In this document: piece after piece, positions 40,182 to 52,125 of the stretch
Layout: each line of letters starts with the position of its first letter
How positions within the stretch are numbered: the first letter of the stretch is position 1
Assembly (NCBI GenBank): GCA_038087875.1
Contig: CM075996.1
Location: 6,574,001 to 6,638,000 of the forward strand
From: Malacoraja senta
Lineage: Eukaryota
Direction of reading: 5' to 3'
Length of the DNA stretch: 64,000 bases
The notes under the pieces: generated by a model
What the model saw: only the letters and a program-made list of their open reading frames with translations
Told to the model about the DNA's origin: nothing
Databases searched by the model: none
Translations under genes and position numbers: made by a program

Positions 40182-43100
40182 ACCCATTCCTTCTCTCCAG
40201 AGATGCTGCCTGTCCCGCTGAGTTACTCCAGCTTTTTGTGTCTGTCTTCACACTCTGTGCTTTGAACATGGTCATCATGTCGACCCCCTCTATCCCCCCC
40301 ACCCCCCCTTCCTGTAGCTCCTCACACACAGTTACCCACTGTGTTTCAGCACCCTCTTTTTCTCCTTTGTGTAGGAAGGAAGTGCAGATGCTGGTTTACA
40401 CCGAAGATGGACACAAAATGGTGGAGTAACTAATCAGTATCTCTGGAGAGAAGGAATCTGGAGACGGGCAGCATCTCTGGAGAGAAGGAATGGGTGACGT
40501 TTCGGATGGAGACGGTCTCAACCCTTCTCTCCAGGCATGCTGCCTGTCCCGCTGAGTTACTCCAGCATTTCATGTCTACCCTCTTTTCCTTCACCATCTT
40601 TCCGCCCTCCGAGTCCACGCCGACCATCGATCGATCACCCCCTTCGCACACTAGTTCTACATTATCCCACTTTCCCATCCGCGCCCTGCATGTTAGAGGC
40701 AGTTTCAAAATGGCCGCTTGGAGATACAGCGCGGAAACAGGCCCTTCGGCCCACCTAGCCCGTGCTGACCAGCGATCACCGCACGTTAACACTATGCTAC
40801 CCCCCCTCGGGATAATTTTACCAAGTCAATCAACCTGCGAACCCGCACGTCTTTTGGGGGGGGGGGGGGGAACCGGAGCATCCGGAGGAAACCCACGCGG
40901 TCACAGAGAGCACGCAAACTCCGTACAGGCAGCACCCGCAGTCATGTTCGAACCGGAGTCTCTGACGCAGTGAGGCAGCAGCTCTACCTTTGTTATCACG
41001 TGTACAGGGATACAGTGATAGGCTTTGCTTTGGATGCTATTCAATAAGTTCAGGTATACCGTACATGAGTACTATCAGGCCAAACTCAAGCACAATAGGC
41101 AGAGCAAAGGGAAAGATATGGAGTGTAGAATAAAGTTCTCAGCGTTGTTGAGCATCAGTTCCAGACACACATGTCCCAGTTACTCCCTCATCTTCTCCCT
41201 GCTTTTGATAGTCGTCATCATTCATCATCGTTGAAAACATCAGCGACACGGTGACCGACGCTCCTCACATCCTGCGGACTTCCACCGCTGGAAGTATAGG
41301 ATTTTGGTGTGTGTGTGTGTTCCTTGTCATCATTCCCTTACAATGCCGTGTACGACAGTGATCGCAACTTCTACTGAAGTGTGGATGGCCGTCGGATCGC
41401 TAGGAGCTCATCCGCCCTTTGGCAGGTCTTGTTTTTGGTCCTGCTGGGGGTCCACAGCCCCCTCCTCACCTGGCAAACCTCGCCGACTATCCGACCACGG
41501 AGCAGGTAGCACGGGATTACATGGTACCCGTGGCGGGGGGGGGGGGGGGGGTGGGGGGGATCTCCCCTCTACTCCAATGCCTACTCGTGCACCTATTTTC
41601 TATGTTTCTAATTAAAATGCACTTTTTTTCCTTTGCCTGCGACAAGTGAAGTTAAGAAGAGGCCAGCAATCCAGTTTCTTGCAGGCTCGCCCGCCCGGCC
41701 GCCCCAGTTCTTCCCAGGAGCGCGGGTGAGGGAGTGACACTGTGCCAAGTGAAGTCCTTCAGTCCCGCGGGAGGGGAGGATTTCCTCGGCCCCCCGTCGA
41801 CAATCAGTTGCCCCTTCTACCCAAGTCCAGGGGGTGAACATCTAACCTTGGCCACCCCCCCGAGTGGCCTGCCCATGACTGCAGTGTGTGGGATTTTCTC
41901 AGTGTAGTTTACAGTCGGGGTACAGTGGAAAGCCTTTGTGGCGTGCTAACCGGTCAGCGGAAAGACAATACATGATGACAATCGAGCCATCCCGCAGTGT
42001 ACAGATACATGATAAGGGAATAATGTTTAGTGCAAGGTAAAGCCAGCAAAGTCCGATCAAGGATAGTCCGAGGGTCACCAAAGACATAGATAGGAGTTCA
42101 GCGCTGCTCTCTGGTTGTGGTGGGAAGATTCAGTTGCCTGATACCAGCTGGGAAGAATCTGGCCCTGTTTTCTCTGCACAATTTGGGTCAGCTACCTTCG
42201 ATTGGTCTGGCCATCACTGCAGTGTGTGGGATTTCTTCTGGGCAGCACAGTGGCGTAGCGGTAGAGTTGCTGCCTCACAGAGCCAGAGATCCAGGTTGGA
42301 TCCCGACTACGGGTGCTTGTCTGTACGGAGTTTGTACGTTCTCCCCGTGACCTGCGTGGGTTTTCTCTCAGATATATTCGGTTTCCTCCTGCACTCCAAA
42401 GAACATACAGGATGGTAGGCTAATTGGCTCGGTATAAATGTAAAATTATCCTTAGTGTGTTTGTGTGTAGATGGTGTTAGTGTACGTGGATTGTAGGCCG
42501 GTGTGGACTCGGTGGGCCCCAAGGGCCTATTTCCGGCGCAGTATCTCTAAATTGAACTAAACCAAACTCGGAGGTTGACAAAATATGCTGGAGAAACTCA
42601 GCGGGTGAGGCAGCATCTATGGAGAGAAGGAGTTGGCGACGTTTCACAACGTTGCCAATTCCGGTGGCCCAGCACTTCAATCTGACCTTTCTGTCCTGGG
42701 CCTCCTCCATTGTCAGAGTGAGGCCCAGCGCAAATTGGAGGAACAGCACCTCATATTTCGCTTGGGTAGTTTGCACCCCAGCGGTATGAACATTGACTTC
42801 TCTAACTTCAGATAGCCCCTGCTTTCCCTCCATCTCCTTCCCAGTTCTCCCACCATTCTTACCGTCTCCGACTACATTCTATCTCTGTCCCGCCCCCTCC
42901 CCTGACATCAGTCTGAAGAAGGGTCTCGACCCAAAACGTCGCCAATTCCTTCTCTCCATAGATGCTGCCTCACCTGCTGAGTTTCTCCAGCATTTTCTGT
43001 CTACCTTCGTGTTTTCCAGCATCCGCAGTTCTTACTTGAACCAAATTCGGGCCGCATCTATAAGCTATCATCAAATGGTTTGGCCATCGCTGCAGTTTTG

Positions 43101-43653
43101 TAAGATTTATTCCACGCCCGATGGTCATCGTATTTCCCTCCATCACCATCTCTCAGATTGGATTTGAAGGGCTTTAAAAACCAACCCTCTTTGTTATGGT
43201 GGCCTTGTCTTAGTTATATGAGGCATTTTTTATTTCGCAAATGAATCTGGTATTCAATGTGCAGCCTACTGTGTTATCGTGTGATTTTGAAGTTGTCTTT
43301 GAATGCGTGTGGGTGGGAGAGGGGGATTATGGGGGGGAGGGGGGGGGGAGGTCGGTGTAGAGCGGTACACACTGGGTTGTGAGGCCCCACATCTTCACTG
43401 GGGCCTCACAACCCAGTTTAGCCTATTGCCGCGTGTAACGAGGTACAGTGAAAAAGCTTTTGTTGCGTGCCAACGTGGGCAAGTTGGGCCGAAGGGCCTG
43501 CTTCCACGCTGTATGACTCTATGACTCTCTATTTATTACCATCCTAACATTCTATGTTGACCGTTTTCCAATCATGCTTCCCCACAGCATGCGAGCTCTC
43601 GGGTTAAACCTGCTCATATAATTGTGCATCTTCCTTGTCATTGGCTAATTCCA

Positions 43654-43929
43654 GGCGGCACGGTGGCGCAGCGGTAGAGTTGCTGCCTTACAGCGCTTGC
43701 GGCACCGGAGACCCGGGTTCGATCCCGACCACGGTTGCTGCCTGTACGTTGTCCCCGTGACCTGCGTGGGTTTTCTCCGAGATCTTCGGTTTTTCCTCCC
43801 ACACTCCAAAGACGTGCAAGTTGGCTTGGTATGAATGTAAATGGTCCCCAAGTGTGTGCGGGGATCGCTGGCCGGCCAGGACTCGGTGGGCCGAAAGGCC
43901 TGTTTCCACGCTGTATCTCTAAACTAAAC
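43654..43929 (+). mobile_element. tRNA-derived V-SINE, HE1-like (representative of more than 15 copies)
   Basis: A box TGGCGCAGCGG, B box GGTTCGATCCC, V-domain core, CR1-like tail ending in (CTAAA)n. Confidence 0.85.
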
Positions 43930-46900
43930 GAAACAATACATGTTTACAATCGAGCCGTTCGCAGTGCACAGATACATGATGAAGGGAATAACGTTTAAAT
44001 GTTGCTGTAGCAGTGGAGGTTTAAAAGAGTGGAGCGATTGTAATGTGTGATTGTGACCATCACACAACGAGTCGCCTGGCTTTGGCGCCATCTTGATTAT
44101 ACTTCCATTCCCACCATCGATGCAACAGCCCCTTAGGAACCGCTTCCCGTCCATGTTAAGAGTGCGGGCAAGTGGCGCAGCGGGTAGACCCGCTGCCTCA
44201 CAAACCCCAGCGACCCAGGTTCGATCCCGACCTCCGTTGCTGCCTGTGTGGAGTTTGCGCGTTCTCCTGGTGACGGCGTGGGTCTCCTCCCCCGCGGTGC
44301 GCTGTGGTTTCCTCGTGCGAGTTAGAACGTAGGACAGCACAGGAACGGTCCCTTCAGCCCACAATTTTCGATGCCAAGACCAACTCTTCCCTGCCTGCAC
44401 GTGATCCACACCCCTCCATCGGTGGGTCAATCGGCCACTCTAAATTATGGAGTGCCAGTGGGTGGATGCATCCATTGGGAATGTGGGGAGAAGTAATATG
44501 GGATGACAATATGGGTAAACTTGGTGGCTGGCACGGTCTCGGTGGGCCGAAGGGCCTCTTTCCCACGCTGTGCAACTCTATAGCAATGGTTAAGTGCTTG
44601 GACGTTTGTTCAATATCATGGCCATGGGATTCTGTGGGTCTCTAACGTGTGGAGTAGGTGGACCACACGGCCACCTAAGTCTATCTGGGGAGTGAGTGCC
44701 AAGTCCCTTCAACATTTCCAGCCCCTGTCCCAAACACACGTTCCACATTTGTAAGGTTTCGATACCGGTTGGTAATCCGAGCGAGATCCAGAGCTTCCTT
44801 AGTGCGTATTGTATCGTGTCTGTCAAGCTCGGAGCTCAGCGCCCTCAACAGATAACGCTTCAATGTTTTCTTTTCCAAACATATAAATAAATATCTATAT
44901 CAATTCTACAACGGCTCCTTTCATTGAGTGGTGGACATGTGTGGATAGTGGCACAGGGACGTTTGCTCTCTCAAGAAAGGACACGAAACGGAGAGAAGGT
45001 ACTAGCATGGATAGTTCCAGGTGTCAGCCTCTCTACAACTTCACCCAAACCAATTAACCTGTGTAGGAAAGAAACCAAGGGCAGGCTCGCCCATCGTTTC
45101 GCTGAACACCTCCGCTCTGTCCATCTTAACCAACCTGATCTCCCGGTGGCCCAGCACTTCAACTCCCCCTCCCATTCCCAATCCGACCATTCTGTCCTGG
45201 GTCTCCTCCATTGTCAAGAGTGAGGCCCAGTGCAAATTGGAGGAACAGCACCTCATATTTCGCTTGGGTAGTTTGCACCCCAGCGGTATGAACATTGACT
45301 TCTCTAACTTCAGATAGCCCTTGCTTTCCCGCCATCTCCTTCCCAGTTCTCCCACCAGTCTTACTGTCTCCGACTACATTCTATATTTTGGGACATGGAC
45401 CAAAAGACTGATGTCCCGCACCCTCCCCTGACATCAGTCTGAAGAAGGGTCTCGACCCGAAACGTTACCCATTCCTTCTCTCCAGAGATGCTGCCTCACC
45501 CGCTGAGTTACTCCAGCATTTTGTGTCTACCTTCGATTTAAACCAGCATCTGCACAGCATGGATAACTGGATGGCAGAAGGCAAAGAGTGGCAATAAAGG
45601 GGGCTTTTTCTGGTCGGCTGCCAGTGACTAGCGGAGTTCCGCAGAGTTTGATGCTGGGGCCGCTATTCTTCACGTTGTATATCAATGATTTGGACGAGGG
45701 AATTGAAGGCTTTGTGGCCACGTTTGCAGATGATAGGAAGATAGGTGGAGGGGCAGGTAGTGTCGAGAAAGCAGGGACTCTGCAGAAGGACTTGGACAGG
45801 TTGGGAGCTTGGGCAGAGAAGTGGCAAATGGAAAATGAAGTCATGCATTTTGGTAGTAGGAATAAAGGTGTGGAGTATTTTCGAAATGGGGAGAGATTTC
45901 AGAAATCAGAGGTGCAAAGGGACTTGGAAATGCTGGTGTTTCAACCAGGGCTCCCGCAATTTCCTCTCTGGTTTCCCACAATGTCCTTGGATATATCTGA
46001 TCAGGCCCTGGAGATTTGTCTACCTGCATACAAGATAGTACCTTCCATTGACTGCCCCAAGTTCCTCCGTCCTGTCTTTTCTCCTCAGTAAATACAGGAG
46101 AAATACTCATTGAGGACCTTGCACATCTCCTGTGGCTCCACACAGAGGTGGCCTCTTTGATTCCTGAGGGGTCCCTCTCTAGTTACCCTTTTCCCCTTAA
46201 TGTATTAAAAAAATCTCTTGGGATTGCCCTTAATGCTATCAATCAGAGCTATCTCCTGGGCCATTTTTACCCTTTTGATTTCTTTTTTTTACTCTGCACC
46301 ATAGTTCCCGAAACTCCTCCAAGGATACACTTGATCCCAGCTGCCCATACCTGTCCCATCCGTTCTTTTTATTCTTGACCAATGCCTCAATTTCTCTCGT
46401 TAGACAAGCTTCCTTACATTTGTCCTTCACTCTAACGGGTACGTTCATAGCCTGAGCTTTTGTCAGAACACTTTAAAAAACCCATCCCACTTGGCTGCTG
46501 TTCCTTTCCCCTCAAACAACCTGCCCCACTCAACTTGTGCAAGACTATCTTTCATACCCTCGTCAAGTCAAGAGTCAAGTCAAGTCAAGAAAGTTTATTG
46601 TCATGTGTCCCAGATAGGACAATGAAATTCTTGCTTTGTTTCAGCACAACAGTGTATTGTAAACAAAAGTACAGAACTGTTCAGTTCAATATACACATAA
46701 AGAAGCAGATAAAGTTCAATAGGCTGTTACATTTCAGAGTCTGTTTGTTGGTGAGTTTAATAGCCTGATGGCTGTGGGGAAGTAGCTGTTCCTGAACCTG
46801 GCTGTAACAGATTTCAGGCTCCTGTACCTTCTGCCCGATGGTAACGGAGAGATGAGTGTGTGGCCAGGATGGTGTGGGTCCTTTGATGATGTTGGCTGCC

Positions 46901-47384
46901 TTTTTGAGCCAGCGACTGCGATAGATCCCTTCGATGGAGGGGAGGTCAGAGCCGATGATGGATTGGGCAGTGGTCACAACTTTTGCCTCAAAGTTGGCCT
47001 TACCCCAATTTAGCATTTTAACACAACTATCTTAAACCTAATCAAACAGTGGTCACTGGTCTCAAAAGGCTCCTCTACGAACATTTGCTCTTCCCAATTT
47101 CCCAAGACTAGATCAAGTGTTGCCTTCTCACGAGCGGGGCCCTCTACATATTGCTGGAGGGGACACTCTTGAACACTTTTGAGAAATTGCACCCCATCAA
47201 AACCTTTCACACTTTAATTTTCCCAATCAATATTGGGAAAGTTAAAATCCCTTACCATAACAACTTATCTATGACTGTGCTTACGTATAGTATGATTTTA
47301 CTGGATTGTATGCAAAACAAAGAATTTCACACCACCTAAGTACATGTATCATTGTATTGTGGACACAACTAATCAGTGTGGGCT

Positions 47385-48881
47385 GAACACACACTCCCTG
47401 GTAAAGAAGGCACAACAATGGCTTTACTTCCTAAGATCACTCAGGAAAGTCAACTTGCCACAACAGCTGCTAGTGTCATTCTACCGTTGCACCATAGAGA
47501 GTGTCCTGACACATGGCATCCTGGTGTGGTATGGCAACACTTCTGCGACTGACAAGAAGGCTCTGTAGAGAGTCATCAATACAGCCCAGAAGATCACCAA
47601 CACACACCTGCCTGCCCTGGAAGAGATCTATAGCTCTCGTTGCCTGCGGAAGACATCACGCATACTAAAGGAGTCATCTCACCCCGCCCATCTGTCCTCA
47701 GGAAAGCGTTACAGGTCCATCAAAGCGCACACCACAAGATTAATGAACAGTTTCTACCCCAAGGCCATCACCACTCTGAACTCCGCACTGAACACACAGC
47801 CCCCATAGCCAATATTTTGTACTGCTACAACACTATAGGGGGGGTTGCACGTAAGGTCACTGGGTCATGGGGCTTGACGCACGGAGCCGCTCAATCCATC
47901 TGGAGGACATCGCAGCTTCCGGTATATGTTGTTAATACACGAAACCCGTACTTTCCTACCTGTTAAAAACCGCCAAAATGTTGAATTTTTGCGCTGTAAA
48001 AAATGGTGGAAATCGGGGTAAGCGTGAGAGACATGAACTTCAGAATTCCAAAAATGAAGCGAAATGAAGGTAAAGAGAAGCGAGAGCTGAAGGGACAACA
48101 ACAGCTAAAGTGCTTGGCGAACATTGGCCGTGCAGATATCGAAATTGAAAATATTGGGAATTATCGCGTTTGCTCACTGCATTTCATCAACAGTAAGGCA
48201 TTATTTGTTTTTTTTCTTGATTCCTTTGGTATCTAAAAAGTCTCAGAAGTGATAAATCTGGTTGTAAATTTTGCTTCAGAGGCGTTTTCTTTTTGTATGT
48301 AAAAACCCACTTGAGAACCAAGGGCGATTTTAACATTTTACAGCCAGATTTATCCCTTCTGAAACTTTTTAGATGCCAAAAGAATCAAGAAAAAACACAA
48401 ATAATGCATTACTGTTGATGAAATGCGGTGAGCAAACGGCCAATGTTCACCAAGCACTCTGGCTGTTGTTGTCCCTTTCAGCTCTCGCTTCTATCTACCG
48501 TCATTTCTCCTCACTTTTGGAATTCTGAAGTAGGCTAAATGTCTCTCACGCTTATCCCGATTTCCATAATTATTTACAGCGCAAAAATTGACCATTTCGG
48601 CGGGTTTAAACGGGCCCGCTACGTTGGAAACAATGGTAAGTGCTTACCTGCAGTTCATCGCGAGTACTCCATTTGGCGTAGTGTAGCAACAGTACGGGTC
48701 ATGGGTCGTGACCCGACTGTCGTGCAACCTCCCTATACTGTGAAATATTGCACATCATGATAACTTGATGTTTTCTTGCCGTTTTTTGTTATTCGTTATT
48801 TGTTATTATTTATCTGATACGTTGGAGCTCCACTCGGGCCGTGCGCCTGAAATTTTGTTGTATGTATTTACAATGACAATA

Positions 48882-48918
<37 letters not shown>
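47385..48918 (+). mobile_element. Rex1/Babar 3' fragment, split by a DNA-transposon insertion
   Basis: KKAQQWLYFLR...FYRCTIES coding remnant. The 3'UTR resumes after 48736 and ends in caatgacaataaag-(TAT)n. Confidence 0.75.
47837..48734. mobile_element. Non-autonomous palindromic DNA transposon with THAP remnants (ISL2EU / PIF-Harbinger-like)
   Basis: TIR AGGG(G/A)GGTTGCACG, AT target duplication, FRIP...RVCSLHF THAP fragment, internal inverted duplication. Confidence 0.7.
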
Positions 48919-48921
<3 letters not shown>

Positions 48922-49367
48922 CTCATCCTGCAAATTTCCTTTATTTTGCAATCTCTGCAACTCTTGTTTCTTGGTCCTCCAAAATATTCTAAATGGAATC
49001 TAAACTGGAGGTGGCGGAGGGTGGACTTAAGCAAAAAAGGATTCTTGGAGAAGAAGAGCTACCTTAAATTTAGTTGCGTCTGGTTGAGTAACTATGGTAA
49101 TCGCCAGGACCCTTATTCAATGATTGTGCATTAAAAGTTGCTATTATTTGCCACTTCCAGTGACATTCCACGATCCTATAATCTGGATGGCATTTGAATT
49201 GATTGGATATTTTACTCTGCGGAATGCATTTTGGATGCCAATGCATCCAAGACCATCCCAGTTGCAACCGGGGACCCTCCTGTCAAGTCCCCGATGCATT
49301 GCCTCCTTGCACGCCAATGCAGTGCAGGTCCCGTTGCACCCGCCGAGCCTGTCAATCATCATGCCTT

Positions 49368-49487
49368 CCCTGGCAACCGCCGCCGGGGAAGGGCCGTGTC
49401 CCTGGCAACCGCCGCCGTGGAAGGGCCGTGTCCCTGGCAACCGCCGCCGGGGAAGGGCCGGGACCCTGGCAACGGTGCGGTCACGTG
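49368..49487 (+). promoter_or_regulatory. CBX6 proximal promoter: 32-bp tandem repeat with four CCCTGGCAAC (RFX X-box-like) sites, followed by a GTCACGTG E-box
   Basis: Units start at 49368, 49400, 49432 and 49464. E-box at 49480-49487. CpG-rich context. Confidence 0.6.
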
Positions 49488-49528
49488 CGCGGGGCTCGGC
49501 GGCTGCGCGCGCCAGAGCTGGAGCCAAG

Positions 49529-49597
49529 ATGGAGCTTTCGGCGGTGGGCGAGCGGGTGTTCGCGGCGGAGTCGATCATCAAGCGGCGGGTTCGCAAG
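49529..49597 (+). CDS. CBX6: Chromobox protein 6, exon 1 (MELSAVGERVFAAESIIKRRVRK)
   Basis: gccaagATGG Kozak context, Polycomb chromodomain start, AAG|GTAGGA donor. Confidence 0.96.
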
Positions 49598-49706
49598 GTA
49601 GGAGGCGACGTCGCCGGCAAGGATGCACCGGCACCAATGCAGAAAACCGCTGCCGTTGCACGCAGCCTCCGCCCCGAGTAATCTTTCCCTTTTGCATTTC
49701 TGACAG

Positions 49707-49750
49707 GGCCGCATCGAGTATCTGGTGAAATGGAAAGGATGGGCTATCAA
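49707..49750 (+). CDS. CBX6: CBX6 exon 2 (GRIEYLVKWKGWAIK)
   Basis: tgacAG acceptor and GTAAGT donor. WKGWAIK is the CBX6-type chromodomain. Confidence 0.96.
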
Positions 49751-49831
49751 GTAAGTGTCGGGCCAAAACAAAATGCAACATTACAATTGAATGTGTATTT
49801 TTGCATTCGCTTAATTGCTTTCTCTTTTTAG

Positions 49832-49897
49832 GTACAGTACTTGGGAGCCAGAGGAGAATATTTTGGATGCCCGTTTAATCGCGGCGTTCGAGCAAAG
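49832..49897 (+). CDS. CBX6: CBX6 exon 3 ([21 protein letters not shown])
   Basis: ttttAG acceptor and GTACAT donor, in frame with the neighbouring exons. Confidence 0.96.
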
Positions 49898-50049
49898 GTA
49901 CATAGATAGACAAGCGGTAGAATATGTTTCTTCACTGAATCGGGTCCATTTTGGATTTATTTATTTTTATGCATTTAAAAGAATGTGTTCTTGCTGCCGT
50001 GCATACTGCAAAATGAGGATTTGTCCTTTTGTTTTTGCATGTCTTGCAG

Positions 50050-50116
50050 AGAGAGGGAACGGGAGTTATACGGACCGAAGAAACGAGGCCCCAAACCCAA
50101 AACATTCCTGTTGAAA
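50050..50116 (+). CDS. CBX6: CBX6 exon 4 ([25 protein letters not shown]-hook-like motif)
   Basis: ttgcAG acceptor, GTGAGT donor, phase 2-0. Confidence 0.96.
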
Positions 50117-51107
50117 GTGAGTCTTTCATGCTTTAAAAAAATGTAACAAATATCAAACAAAACACATCAGAACTAGTGACGTGAGACAATGCCACCTTAA
50201 GATTCAAATAATGCAAGTCCCTTTAATAATGATTAGTTGACATTTCAGAAAACCTACATTAAATATCCCCAAACCACTGTGCCTCAGTTTTGCGTTAGTT
50301 GTTAGTGGAAATGTCTGTTGTCATTTTGCAGAGTTGACCCTGGCTGTGTGCACAGAAATTGCGTGGTGACATTTTTGCAATTCATTTTTAGCTGCTATCG
50401 TTACATTTGCAATCCCCACTCTTTCTCCCTGAGAACTGGAGAAAGTGAGTTTTGTGAGAATTAGATGTAATGTGGGGAGGGAAAGAATGAACTGGTGACG
50501 GACACAAAATGCTGGAGTAACTCAGCAGGTCAGGCAGCATCTCTTGAGAAAAGGAATGGGTGACGTTTCGGGTCAGAAACCCTTCTTCAGAAGTTTATAG
50601 ATAAATCTTTGTGGTATAAACCAACATCTGCAGTTCCCACTGGCACAAGGAAGTGCAGATGCTGGTTTACAAAATAAAAACACAAAGTGACTTTAGAGAT
50701 ACAGCGCGGAAACAGGTCCTTCGGCCCATCGAGTCCATGCCGACCAGCGATCCCGTATACTAGCACATTCCTGCACACTAGGGACAATTTTACAACTTTA
50801 CCCAAGCCAATTAACCTACAAATCTGTGTAGGAAAGAAACCAAGCACAGGCTCGGCGATCGTTTTGCTGAACGCCTTCGCTCATTCCGCTTTAACCTACC
50901 TGATCTCCCGGATGCTGCCATTCCCAATCTGACCTTTCTGTCCTGGGCCTCCTCCATCGTCAGAGTGAGGCCCAGCGCAAATTGGAGGAACAGCACCTCA
51001 TATTTCGCTTGGGTAGTTTATACCCATTGACTTCTCTAACTTCAAATAGCTCTTGCTTTTCCTCTCTCTCCATCCCCTCCCCCTTCCCAGTTCTCCTACC
51101 AGTCTAA

Positions 51108-51770
51108 AGGGTCTGTCCCACTTACGTGTCCTTGGCACGCAAATTACGTGACCTCGTGATCGCGTTGAGCCGAGACGGCCGAGCGAAGGTCGGGCGCGAT
51201 TACATGCGTACGCACAGCCGTCTGGAGCGCGTGACGTCATTTGAAGATGGACACAAAGCTGGAGTAACTCAGCGAGACCGGCAGCATCTCTGGAGAGAAG
51301 CAATGGGTGATGTTTCATGTCGCGACTCTTCTTCAGTCTGAAAAGAAGGGTCTTGACCCGAAACGTCATCCATTCCTTCTCTCCAGAGATGCTGCCGGTC
51401 CCGCTGAGTTACTCCTGCATTTTGTGTCTATCTTCAATTTTCTTGGCCCCGCTCTGGGAGTAGAAGTGGGGGCGGATCCGTTTGCCTGCTTCTGCTGCTG
51501 TTGAAGGCGAGACGTTGCGTCGCGCCAGGGTCTTGGGCCGGTCCCACTTTGGCCATCAGTTCCACGACAGGCCGTTGGCGCGCGAAGATTTTGTTCACAG
51601 CAAGAATTTCGGAGCCCCGCGCGATGTCGGGACCGGCCCCGCACAACTCCATACCCCTCCGCGCATCTAAGTGGGACCGGTCCCGAGCGGCCATACGGTG
51701 CCCGTACGCCTCAAGCGACCACGAGGTCGAGTAATTTGCGAGCCAAGGACGCGTAAGCGGGACAGGCCCT
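51108..51770. mobile_element. PIF/Harbinger-type MITE inserted into a Penelope fragment and itself hosting a palindromic repeat
   Basis: TIR AGGG(T/C)CTGTCCC, TAA/TTA flanks. The empty site ccagtc-TTA-ctgtctccgac is seen at about 45355-45373. Confidence 0.8.
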
Positions 51771-52125
51771 TTACTGTCTCCGACTACATTCTATCTCTCT
51801 CCCGCCCACTCCCCTGACATCAGTCTGAAGAAGGGTCTCGACCCGAAACGCCACCCATTCCTTCTCTCCAGATTCAACTCCTGCTGAGTTGCTCCAGCAT
51901 TTTGTGTCAACCTACAAACCTGTACGTCTTTGGAATGTGGAAGGAAACCAGAGCACCTGGAGAAAACCCATTCGGGAACGGGGAGAACGTACAACCTCCG
52001 TTCCGAAAGAACCCGTAGTCAGGAACGACCTATCGACCCGCACGTCTTTGGGATGTGGGGGGAAGCCGGAGGACCCGGATGAAAACCCACGCGGTCACAG
52101 GGAGAACGTGCAAACTCCACCCAAA

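Noticed and set aside
41235..41880. GC-rich unexplained stretch between the two promoters
   Set aside because: No recognisable ORF, splice pattern or termini. Possibly a TE 5' region, but I cannot support a call.
43654..43730. tRNA genes
   Set aside because: The A/B-box sequences are SINE heads that run into the V-domain and tail; no complete cloverleaf.
49368..49473. CRISPR-like 32-bp periodicity
   Set aside because: Head-to-tail tandem repeat with no unique spacers, in eukaryotic DNA.
49124..49528. In-frame upstream ATGs suggesting an N-terminally extended CBX6
   Set aside because: The frame stays open through a GC-rich promoter VNTR. The conserved MELSA start has the good Kozak context.
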